A stretch of 64,000 bases of DNA, taken from contig CM000154.2 of assembly GCA_000004695.1 (NCBI GenBank), forward strand, positions 4,640,001 through 4,704,000, given 5' to 3'. The notes beneath the pieces are model-generated. The model searched no databases and was not told the origin of the DNA. It saw only the letters and a program-made list of their open reading frames with translations. Positions 53,860-64,000 of this stretch are shown here, one piece after another. The stretch is from Dictyostelium discoideum. Its lineage: Eukaryota. The translations under genes and the position numbers were made by a program. Position 1 is the stretch's first letter; each line of letters starts with the position of its first letter.

Positions 53860-54603
53860 AAATAATAATAAATATAAAATAGAAATGGATAAAGATAATA
53901 ATGAATTTTTTGAATGTAAGCTTTATTTATTGATTTATTTTTTCATAAATGATATTTATATTATTCTGACAGTGAGGGCCTAAAAATAGATAATATTAAA
54001 AAGTTTTATATTTATACAGACAAGAAGCCTTTTAAATTTAATAAACTATGCATGGCATTTAAAGATGATTGTAATATTTTATCAAAATTAGAAAAAAATC
54101 AATTACCATCAGATGTAATGTTATTAGATGGATTCAATCAAAAATTCATACAAAATATATTACCTGAGGGTCTTGAATCATTGTATTTAGGTGATATAAA
54201 ACAAGAATTAGTTATTGGTTCAATTCTTTATACTGTAAAGAATGTCTATTTATTTGATGGATTCAATCAAAAATTAATACCTGCTGTATTACCAAAAGGT
54301 GTTAAATCATTGTTTATAGGTGATATTAAACAAAAATTAATTATTGGTTCAATTCCTAATACTGTAAGGAGTGTATATTTAGAAGATGGATTCAATCAAA
54401 AACTAGCACCTGCTATATTACCAGAAGGTGTTGAATCATTGGATTTAGGTGATATAAAACAAGAATTAATTAATGGTTCAATTCCTAAAACTGTAACCAA
54501 AGTAGTTGTTTCAAAAAAGTTTAAATACCAAATTAAACCCTATGTTTCTAATAAAGTTCAAACCACGGGAAAAATTAAAATTCACTGGGAGAAGTTTTAT
54601 TGA
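53860..54603 (+). pseudogene. B-box/FNIP family copy 3: exon-1 remnant (NKYKIEMDKDNNEFFEC|GTAAGC, preceded only by (AAT)n) plus an intact FNIP exon (about 53985..54603)
   Basis: Same donor and short-intron structure as copies 1 and 2. The FNIP exon (ORF 54052..54603) is intact, with 6 repeats and a C-terminal tail. No B-box-encoding sequence upstream. Confidence 0.45.
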
Positions 54604-54738
54604 TAAAAAATTAATAATGAAATGATTCATTAATTAAACAATTCTATTAAAAATAAAAACAAAAATAAAATTTCACAATAATATTATATTATAATAATCC
54701 TTTTTTTTTTTAATTTATTTTAATTTTAATTTTAATTT

Positions 54739-55758
54739 TTAATTAAACAATTCATTAAACATTGATAAAATTATTGAAATATGTTCTTCTTTTTCTATTT
54801 TTGGTATTTGTTTTATTTCATGTTTTTGAAATATTTTTTGAACTTTAATGATATCAGATGAAGGTAATTCATTTTCATTAATTGATGCAATTGCAAAAGT
54901 CGTGAAAATATTTGATAAAATTTCATCTTGATTTTGATTTGTAAAATAAAAATTTGTAAAAACAAATTGAGCATGATTTAATAATAAATAAATGATAGTT
55001 TGTTGAGTTGAATGTAGTTCAGGAATATCATCAACTATTGGTAAATTAATTAAAAAAGTATTTATCAAAATTGGTAATTCTGAGTAAATCATTTCATTTT
55101 GGTTTAAAATTATCTTACCCAATGCTGATATAATATTTTCTTTTGCACCATCATATTCAACTTGATTAATATCGATAGTAGTACCACTACCACTACCATC
55201 ACCATCACCATCACCATTTTTAGGTAAACAATTTAATAATAAATCTATTGATTTAGAAATGTATGGTCTAAAATTATCTTTATAATTTTCATTTTTACAT
55301 AACTTTGCACATGTGCCAATGCAACATGATGAATTTCTAATTAAAAAGTTTGTATAGATTTTGTTATTTTGAAATCCAAATTCAATAGTTGTATTCATTA
55401 TAGTGTGGAAATTATTGGTTGATGTAAATTCTTCACTACATTCTTCAAGTAATACACAAACAATTGAAAATAATGTTACTTTAAGAGCTGGAAATGAGTA
55501 TTTTAATCTTTTTAAAATCGTTGGTAAAAGGAATTCTATGAAAGAATCTGAATTTTCTCCATCTGTTTTTAATTCACTTGAAATACCACATAATGATGAA
55601 AATATTTTACAATAACCTTTATTTAATTCTCTTTGTAGCATATCATCTAATAATTCATTTTCATTAAATGATTTACCATTTTCAATTGTTTCATTTATCA
55701 TAGTTAAAAGTTGTTTCTTTTTATTTTCAAAATAAATTGGAAGTTCATTATTATTCAT
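54739..55758 (-). CDS. Hypothetical protein (339 aa), helical-repeat-like
   Basis: Uninterrupted ORF of ordinary composition; no motif recognised. Confidence 0.4.
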   Translation of the reverse strand: MNNNELPIYFENKKKQLLTMINETIENGKSFNENELLDDMLQRELNKGYCKIFSSLCGISSELKTDGENSDSFIEFLLPTILKRLKYSFPALKVTLFSIVCVLLEECSEEFTSTNNFHTIMNTTIEFGFQNNKIYTNFLIRNSSCCIGTCAKLCKNENYKDNFRPYISKSIDLLLNCLPKNGDGDGDGSGSGTTIDINQVEYDGAKENIISALGKIILNQNEMIYSELPILINTFLINLPIVDDIPELHSTQQTIIYLLLNHAQFVFTNFYFTNQNQDEILSNIFTTFAIASINENELPSSDIIKVQKIFQKHEIKQIPKIEKEEHISIILSMFNELFN

Positions 55759-55975
55759 TTTTTTAATTTAATTTGTTTTTTTTTTTTTAGTGATGTTGCT
55801 TTTTAAAAAAGTAAAAATAAAATAAAAAAAAAAAAAATAAAAAAAAATTAAAATAAAACGAAAACAAAAAAATTCAGATATTTTTTAATTTTCTAAGAAA
55901 ATATTGACCAGTATATATCTGATTTTTATTTTTATTTTTTCATTTTTCTTTTTCTTTTTCTTTTTATTTTCATAT

Positions 55976-56009
<34 letters not shown>

Positions 56010-56039
56010 ATAATTTAATCAAAAAAAAAAACAAACAAG

Positions 56040-56074
<35 letters not shown>

Positions 56075-56104
56075 ATATATTCCAAAATCATTCAATTTTT
56101 GATC

Positions 56105-56786
56105 ATATCTTTTAATTTCAATTAAAAATGGTTTAAATTTAGTTTTACAGTTTTGCCAATTTGATCAGGTAAAACAGATGTTGCCGATTTTAGTGAATCA
56201 TGTGTGAATAAAGGCATTGCTTTGTTGTATGTTAATAAAAGTCCAAATGCTTGTAATTTGCCAAAATGATAAGAAAGACCCATTAAATAATCAAACATTT
56301 GTCCAATGACCTTTGGATCATAAAATGAATCTTCATTACATTTGACTTGAATAAAACCAATATAATTTGTTTTTGATTTTAATAACCAATGATCTGGTTG
56401 TAATCCAACAATATCTTCTTGAGAAACAATTGAAATTTCATGTTCAAAGCATCTATAATAATAGGATTTGTAAAATTATAAAGTTCATATTCATTACGAG
56501 CAGTGAAAGTATCAGAGTCTGTATAAAGAGACAACACACATGATTCTTTATCACCATTCTTTTCTAAAAGATCTTCAAAATTTTGTATTCCAACCAAAGT
56601 GCTAAGTTGTAATTAACATTAATCATGATTTGATGAAGATTGTGATGTTGATGTTATAATGTACTTTGGTATGCCATTATCAATAAGATGTCTGATGGAT
56701 CTTTCTTTTTCTTTTTTTTGAAGTTCTTTTACTTTTTCTAAAAGTTCTTCATATGCTTTTTTGTAATCTATATTATTATCACTCAT
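56105..56786 (-). CDS. Gene of unknown function whose reading frame changes partway through (unresolved short intron or frameshift)
   Basis: ATG at 56786(-) encodes MSDNNIDYKKAYEELLEKVKELQKKEKERS...; downstream segments '...LVGIQNFEDLLEKNGDKESCVLSLYTDSDTFTARNEYELYNF' and 'CFEHEISIVSQEDIVGLQPDHWLLKSKTNYIGFIQVKCNEDSFYDPKVIGQMFDYLMGLSYHFGKLQAFG...NHF*' are in different frames. I could not find a phase-consistent splice pattern. Confidence 0.3.
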
Positions 56787-57071
56787 TTTCTATTTGGTGT
56801 GTTTAATTTGTATAAAGATACCTCTTTTTTTTTTTTATTATTTATTATTTATTATTTTATATTCAAAAAAAAAAAATTAAATAAAAAAATAAAAAAAATA
56901 AAATTTTGGCGGGATATTTTTTATTATATATTTATTTTAATTAAAACAATTCTAATAAAAATAAAAACAAAATTAAAACTTCACAATAATATTATATTAT
57001 AATATATTCCTTTTTTTTTTTAAAAAAAAAAAAATATTTCTTAATAAAATGATTAATGATGATTTTTAAAT

Positions 57072-58587
57072 TTATTTTTTAATAAACCAAAAACTTAAAC
57101 TGAGCGATGTTGATAAAGATCTAACATAATGAAAATAACCACTTGGCATGAAAAGAATATCACCAGGACCTAAAATACATTCTGTATAATGTTGATTTGC
57201 TATTTTTAATAATGGATATTTTTCAAAATCTGTATCTTCAAAATCAACAAAACTAATATTATTTTGAGCAGTTTTTGAATTTTTAACAAGATTATTGTCA
57301 TCACTATCACCCTGATCTTTCTTTAAATAAAGATTTGAAATTTGATTTTGTGGATAAAGACGAACATATTTATAACCAACGATTTGAGTTAAGAAATTGT
57401 CATAGCTGTCGAAATGTAATGGAGTTATTGTATTACCTGTGCCTAACCAAATATGGGGTGATATTCCCTCTTCTTCAGTTTCATGAACTTTTGCATCACC
57501 TGTAGTTTGTAAAAATAATGGGAATTTAAAATCATCCAATAGTGATGGTAACTGTTCGATTAAACCATGTTGTGCTAAATAAGCAACCTTTGATGATTCT
57601 GTAGCTGTACTATCATTATCTTTACTTGAAGGTATCATATATTCTTCAATGAAATCTTTTAATTTCATTAATTTCTCTGACCAATCAATTGAATTATCAT
57701 TATCATTATTTGCTGTAGTAGTAGTAGTTTGTTGTTGTTGTTGTTGTTTCTTTGTTTTTGAATCTAATTTATTATGACCTAATTCAATTGGTACAATTCT
57801 ATTACCATGATTTGAAAGAAAATAATTTAAGTCTTTCCATTTATTTATACATTCCCAATTATTTGCATCACCTTTAATTATACATGGTGTCATTGTGTTT
57901 AAATGTTGATTTTTAAATATTGAAAATTCATTTAAATAATCACCACCACTACCACTAGCGCCACCATTATTTTTACCACATTCAATTACTTTAATTTCAT
58001 GATTTTTATCTATAATTGGAAATTTTGAAAAATTAACATTTTCATCTAAAATCATTGGTATTGTAGGTGAAGTTGAAGTTGTTGTTGTAGTTTGCTTTTT
58101 TGATAATTCATCCATAATTGGTAATAATAATTCTTTTGGTGCACCCATTATAAAAGATTGATCACAGATTTCTAAAGTTTTAATTAAATCATTTTGAGTG
58201 TACCAATAGGTTATACCTGCTAATTGACCCATAATAAATGATTCTCTTAAACAAATATGTTCCCAACCACCTTGTTTCAATAATTTATTCCATGTTAATT
58301 TATAAATTGATTCATGGATATTCTTTAATTGATTAAATTGTTTTTTATTATACATAAAAAATAATTTCTTTAAATCAACTGATAATTGATTTGCATCTTC
58401 ATTACCCAATGACAATAAATCTTGACATGCTAAAAAAAAATAAAAAAAAAAGAATTAAAATTTAATTTTCATGTTTTTATTTTTTATTTTTTATTTTTTT
58501 TTATTTAAATAAATACAAACTTCTTGTATAACAATTCTTTATTAAATTAAAGATTGGTACTCTATACTCCTCTTTAAATGAATTCAT
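57072..58587 (-). CDS. JmjC (cupin) domain protein; main exon 57072..58415 plus a probable short 5' exon near 58518..58587
   Basis: C-terminal JmjC features 'GTGNTITPLHFDSYDNFLTQIVGYKYVRLYP' (HxD) and '...DILFMPSGYFHYVRSLSTSLSLSFWF'. The ORF-track start is a TTG; an acceptor ttttttttag| at about 58430 and an upstream ATG exon (MNSFKEEYRVPIFNLIKNCYTR) fit phase 1. Confidence 0.5.
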
Positions 58588-58616
58588 ATTCGTAATTTTT
58601 TTTTTTTTACAAAACG

Positions 58617-58660
<44 letters not shown>

Positions 58661-58932
58661 CTCGAAAATGAAAAAAAAAGAAATTATATTATAGTCCAAA
58701 AAACATATACATAAATTTCTTTTTTTAAAAAAATATCTTTTTTTTTTTTTATATTCAAAAATAGGTGTTTGGAAATTAAAATGTGTGTATTTAATGTTGA
58801 TTAAATTTTTTTTTTTAATTTTTTTTTTGATTTTTTATTTTTTCTTATAAATACATCATTTTTTTTTTTTTTTTTTTTTTACATTGTTGTATTCTATTAT
58901 ATTTAATTGATAATAAAAAAAAAAAAAAAAAA

Positions 58933-59092
58933 TGGATAATGATATTTTTCCTGAATTAAATAAAATTGAAAATAAAATTGATTATTTGAATAATAGAATG
59001 ACCAATTTAGAAGATTTATTAAGTAACCTTAATGCAATACTTACAAATCTAGAGAATAGATTATCAAAAATAGAAATGAAAATTGGTAATTA
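58933..59092 (+). CDS. Possible small coiled-coil protein, first exon (MDNDIFPELNKIENKIDYLNNRMTNLEDLLSNLNAILTNLENRLSKIEMKIG|GTAATT)
   Basis: ATG in a reasonable context followed by a heptad-like sequence and a GT donor; downstream exon(s) unclear. Confidence 0.25.
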
Positions 59093-59650
59093 TTTTATTT
59101 TTATTTAATTATTATTTTTTTATTTTTATTTTTAAAATTAATTAACCTTTTCTATAATTATCCTTTAGATTTGGTTTTATCTCATTGTAAGTAAATTTAT
59201 AAAAATCTTGCTTTTAATCTTTTTTTTTTTTTTTTTTTTTTTAAATTAACTTAATTTTATTACAAAAAAAAGCAATTGAAATTTCAAATCATTTCAACTT
59301 AAACATTGATCAATTGAATGGTGAATAAACCAAAAAAAAAAAAAAAAAAAAAAAAATAAAAAATGTATTGGATAATAATAAAAATAATAAAAATAAAAAT
59401 AATAATAAAGATAAAAATAGTTTTTAAATTTTTTTTTTTACTTTATTTTGTTAAATATATTTGATGTATTTGAAAAAAATAAGCCACTTTTTAATTTTGA
59501 CAAATAAACCATCACTGACAGCAAAACAGTGTTAAAAAAAAAAAAAATAAAAATATATTTCCAAATCAATTTTTAATTATTTGAATTGGGCCAAAAAAAA
59601 AAAAAAAAAAAAAATAAAAATTTGGATAAAAAAAAAAAAATATATAAAAT

Positions 59651-59681
<31 letters not shown>

Positions 59682-60052
59682 AAAAAAAAAAAATTTGAAA
59701 TTTTTTTTTATTAATTAATTTCAATTAAAAAAAAAAAACAAAAAGTTGTAGTTTTATTTGTATAATATATTTAATTATCTCATTTATTTGTTATTTATTA
59801 TTTTTCTTTATTAATATACATACTTTTATATATTTATGTGTATGTGTACTTTAAACACTTTTAATAATTAAGCAGATAATAAAATAAAAAAAAAAAAAAA
59901 ATTGTAGTTTAAAAAATAATAATATTAAATTTATTGTGATCATCATTGTTATCACCAATATTATAAAAAATAAAAATAAAAATAAAAATAAAATAATTGT
60001 AATTCTTCAAGACCAAATATACATACATAAATAAATAAATAAATAAATTATA

Positions 60053-60092
<40 letters not shown>

Positions 60093-60101
60093 TTTTAGAA
60101 A

Positions 60102-60776
60102 ATGGCAGCACCAAGTAGTAATTATCAACTTTATGGACTTAAAATTGGATTTCCTCCAGGTGGATTAATGAGAAATAAACAAATGAAATTCAATGATTAT
60201 GGTATAACAGTAAAAGAGGCAATTCAAATCATTACAAATAAACAAGGAATGCAAAATCCAGATTCATATACATTACAAATTACATATTCAGATGAACCGT
60301 CATCAATAAATACAAGTAGTGGAAATATTGGTTCAAATAATAATAGTAGTAGTAATACACCTTTAACAGGTTCATTAGGTATGGGACCACCACCACCTTC
60401 TGCATCAATTGGAGGTGGTGGCGGTGGTGGTGATAACGGTATCACCAATAGTGGTAATATTGGAAGTAGTAGTAATAGTGATTTAAAAAAGTCAACATCA
60501 TCTGGTATTGTAAATGTTAATAATAGTAGTAATGCACCAACTAGAAGATTAAAATGGATGGATGATAATGAAAAGTTAATCTCTTATCCATTGGGTGCAC
60601 ATGATGTAGTGATTGAATTAAAAAAGAAATATCAATTAATTAAAGTTTATGATGGTAAACAAACTATGAATTTAATTGTAGATATTACAAAACCATTAAG
60701 CGATTTAATGGATTTGGTATCTTGTAAATTTAAATTAAGATCAACAAGTGATTGTAAATTATTTACATATGGAAAA

Positions 60777-60866
<90 letters not shown>

Positions 60867-62973
60867 TTATAAATTAAATATACATATATAAACTTTTTTT
60901 TTTTTTTTAAAATATATTTTATTAACATTATGTAAAAATAAAAAAAAGAAATTAATTTAAACAGTAATATTAAAAATTTAAATATTGATACATCATTACC
61001 ATTTATTTTAAGAGATAATAATGATCCAAATTCATTATCATTAGAATCAATTCAATGGGATAATGGTAATGGATTTTTTGTTGGTGGTAATGGTGGTATT
61101 GGTGGTATTGGAAGTGATGATGATGCAGATGATATTAATAACAATTTATCTGTACCAGCCAAATCAATCATTAATCCAGTTAGAGAAGGTTATTTAAAGA
61201 AACAAGATAAAAAGAAATCTTGGAAAACAAGATACTTTAAATTAACTGATAAATATTTATATTGGTATAAATCTCCAACTGCTATTAAAGCATCTGGTAT
61301 GATTATTTGTAAAGATTATCATATTAAATTAGCTCCATCAACTCATGTATGTATATTTTATTAATAAAAAATATACATGTATATATATAAAAAAAAGAAC
61401 AATATAATTCTAATTTTTTATTTAGTCAAAAGAAGTTAAATTAGAATTTACACCAAAACATATGATTGCAGGTGCAACAACAATTATTCATTATATTAAA
61501 TTTGAAAATGAACAAGAATTAAAACAATGGACAGTTTTACCAATTGTAATAGAGTCATCAAATGATAGTGGATCAAATAATTCAAATACAAGTGGTGGTA
61601 ATCAATCAATGATTGGTAAGAAAGTATTTGGTGTACCAATTGAAAAGACAGTTAGTGGTAATAATGAAATACCAGCAGTGGTTTTACAAACTATTGATTA
61701 CATAGAGAAGAAAGCAATGGATATTGTTGGTATATTCCGTTTGAGTGGTTCAGTATTGACAATTGAACAGTGGAAAGCAAAATATGATAAGGGTGAAAAG
61801 GTTGATCTCTTTCAAGAGGTTGATCCTCATGCTGTAGCTGGTCTTTTGAAATTGTATCTCAGAGAGTTACCAGACCCATTGTTAACCTATGAAAAGTATG
61901 ATAATTTCATTGCAGCTCAATCAATTGATGATTTCCCATCAAGAATTAAATTAATTAAACATTTGGTGAAATCATTACCACCGGTAAACTATGCGGTTCT
62001 CTCTTATTTAATGGCATTCGTTGGTAAGGTTGCAACTCATTCTGCAGCTAATAAAATGCAAGTTCATAATTTGTCGACTGTGTTTGGTCCAAATCTAATC
62101 AAAGATCGTCAAGATAGTGGTGACTATGGTAACAATGTCCAAGTGTTGGTTGAGGATACACCAATCATTAATGCATTGGCACTTTCACTCATTAGAGATT
62201 ACCAATACATTTTCACCGATAAAGAAATACCAGAACAAAAGATATTGGCAAAGTCACTCTACGAGTATGCTGGTAATGATGATGGTACAACCTCTGAGGA
62301 TGATAAGGATCTTTTGTTCCCAAAGGGTGCAACAATTAAAGTCACTCAACAAGGTACCGATGGTTGGTGGACTGGTGAATATCAAGGTAAACAAGGTAAA
62401 TTCCCAGCTTCCTACGTTGAGTTGTTACCTCATTCACCTTCAACCTTACTTCGTACAAAATCAAATTCAAATCTTACAAAGAAAAAGAAATTCATGTTGG
62501 AGATGGAATCTACTAAAACTAAAAATCAAGAGATCGATAAAAATATCAAACAATTGGAAATCACTAAAAAAGAATTGGAATCAACCATAAACGATTTAGA
62601 GAATGAAAAAGCTGCCCTCGAAAATGATCCAACCATTAAAGCAATGATGAATCTTTTGGCAAATGCTAAAACCAATAAAGATATCGCTATGATTCCAAAG
62701 AATATCGATGTACTTTTCCAAAAGTTTGAAGAATATAAATCAAGTCATGAAGCATTGGCAACTACTAAAACTACTCTCATCGATGAATATGAACAATTTA
62801 ATAATAATCCAAAAAAAAGATTAGATACAAAAGAAAAAGAACAAATTCAACAAAAATATGATAATCTCTCAATAATTATTGATAAATCTCAAAAAATTAG
62901 ATCAAAAAGTATAAATTCAAAGAAAATTATAAATGATGATTTAGTTGAATTAAAGAAAATATTTTCTTTATAA
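60102..62973 (+). CDS. Rho GTPase-activating protein with RA/ubiquitin-like, PH, RhoGAP and SH3 domains; exons 60102..60777, 60949..61346, 61426..62973
   Basis: PH: 'REGYLKKQDKKKSWKTRYFKLTDKYLYWYK'. RhoGAP: 'GIFRLSGS...LYLRELPDPLLT...R(I)K...NKMQVHNLSTVFGPNL'. SH3: 'AKSLYEYAGN...ATIKVTQQGTDGWWTGEYQGKQGKFPASYVELL'. C-terminal coiled coil. Intron 1 (GTAATA at 60778, aaaag| at 60948) removes the (AAT)n tract read by the ORF track as poly-N. Intron 2 runs from GTATGT at 61347 to ttag| at 61425. Confidence 0.65.
60781..60865. repeat. (AAT)n microsatellite (intronic)
   Basis: Direct observation. Confidence 0.85.
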
Positions 62974-63254
62974 AAACTTTCGAATAACTTAAAAAAAAAA
63001 ATAAAAAAAAAAATATATATTATTTAATTTAATTTTTTTTTTTTTTTTTTTTAAATATTTATTTGTGACAAAAAAAAATTAAAATATATATTTAAAATTG
63101 ATTTTTATTATTTGAAAAATAAATACAATACAATTAAAATGGATAAACATGACAGTGCCATTACGATCAAATGAAAGATTATGTAATTTCAATGGAAAAA
63201 AAGGGTTTATCAAAAAAATTTTTTTTTTTTTTTTTTTTTAAAATTTTCACAAAA

Positions 63255-64000
63255 ATGAATCCAAATAAGATTATAGATTTAAAGGTATTATTGTTCATTT
63301 TTTTATTTATATTATTATAATATTTTTATAATATTATAAAACATAATATTTTATCTTTTTGTAGCATGTTAAAACTAACCAACAAACTTTTTTACACACA
63401 GATTATTACTGTAGGTAATTATGGCGTAGGGAAAAGCTCAATTTTAAAAAGGTTTCACCAAGTTGACCTTGATGATAATACCACTGGTTTTAAAACAAAA
63501 AAATTTATTATTGATAATCATCATGTTAGTGTTCAGGTATGTATTAGTATAGTACTATCAATATTATTCAATTTAATAAAAAAAAAAAAACAAATAATAA
63601 TAATAATAATAAAAATAATAATAACCAGACATGGGATACAAGTGGACAAGAACGTTTTTGTTCACTGTCTAGTTCATTTTATAGAAATTGTGATGGTGTA
63701 ATTTTATGTTTTAGTGTTGATAATGAAGATTCATTCAAAGCTTTAGATCTTTGGAGAGATGAATTAATAAAGTTTGGTTATTTCCCTGATAGAGTTCCTT
63801 TTATTTTAGTTGGAAATAAATTTGATTTAGAATTTAAGAAACATGTAATCAATAGTAAAATGGCTCAAGATTGGTGTAAATATCAAAAATTAAAATATCA
63901 AGTAGGTGTTAATAAAGAGTTACCCGATATAATATATCATGAAACTTCTATTGAAAAACTTGTATCAATTGATGAAGCATTTATCAACATCTGTAGACAA
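63255..64000 (+). CDS. Rab-like small GTPase, 5' part (continues beyond the window); exons 63255..63284, 63402..63536, 63629..>64000
   Basis: MNPNKIIDLK|IITVGNYGVGKSSILKRF (P-loop) ... VSVQ|TWDTSGQERF (switch II) ... FILVGNKFD (NKxD) ... YHETSIEK...EAF. Donors gtattatt (63285) and GTATGT (63537); acceptors cacacag| (63401) and aaccag| (63628); all in phase 0. Confidence 0.6.

Noticed and set aside
55403-55615. + strand 70-aa ORF inside the 54739..55758 gene
   Set aside because: Antisense to a longer ORF of normal composition.
62117-62590. 157-aa +2-frame ORF inside the RhoGAP exon
   Set aside because: Overlaps the RhoGAP and SH3 coding frame, which carries clear domain signatures; the alternate frame has none.

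Overview
This window is AT-rich (about 75-80% A+T) eukaryotic nuclear DNA with short AT-rich introns (GTAAGT...AG) and abundant (AAT)n/(ATT)n microsatellites that the ORF track reads as poly-N, poly-I, poly-K or poly-F runs. All of this is typical of Dictyostelium discoideum; it is not prokaryotic. The central feature is a head-to-head gene pair. A roughly 2968-codon 'Steely'-type hybrid polyketide synthase (a type I FAS-like KS-AT-DH-ER-KR-ACP array fused to a C-terminal chalcone-synthase-like type III PKS; 2 exons, 12248..21413, +) faces a 603-aa flavin-dependent halogenase (GxGxxG, WxWxIP and GDAAxxxDPxxSxG motifs; 7665..9476, -) across a 2.8-kb divergent intergenic region. This is the architecture expected for the DIF-1 (chlorinated hexaphenone) biosynthetic pair stlB/chlA. 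I assign those names only provisionally: the identification rests on the 2968-codon PKS length as I recall it for Steely2, and I have not confirmed chlA-stlB adjacency. Two tandem paralogs of an uncharacterised roughly 400-aa family lie immediately downstream of the halogenase on the same strand, with rearranged fragments of a third copy about 2 kb further on. Other genes supported directly by the sequence are a B-box/FNIP-repeat gene family (one copy at 2.4-4.2 kb plus degenerate tandem copies at 50.8-54.6 kb), a glycine-cleavage H-protein-like gene whose lipoyl-lysine position appears to be Asn, a CAAX prenyl protease (Ste24), signal peptidase complex subunit 3, and a PEPCK-like gene lacking the P-loop. 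There are also an AGC-type protein kinase, a JmjC protein, a multidomain RhoGAP (RA-like/PH/RhoGAP/SH3), a Rab-like GTPase (partial at the window end), a large EGF/TM glycoprotein gene and a large low-complexity protein. A Tc1/mariner transposase remnant is present. A 3.6-kb ORF-free region (44.9-48.6 kb) carries DUSE-like CCCACAA motifs followed by T-runs and may contain small ncRNA genes. No tRNA, rRNA or CRISPR features were found.
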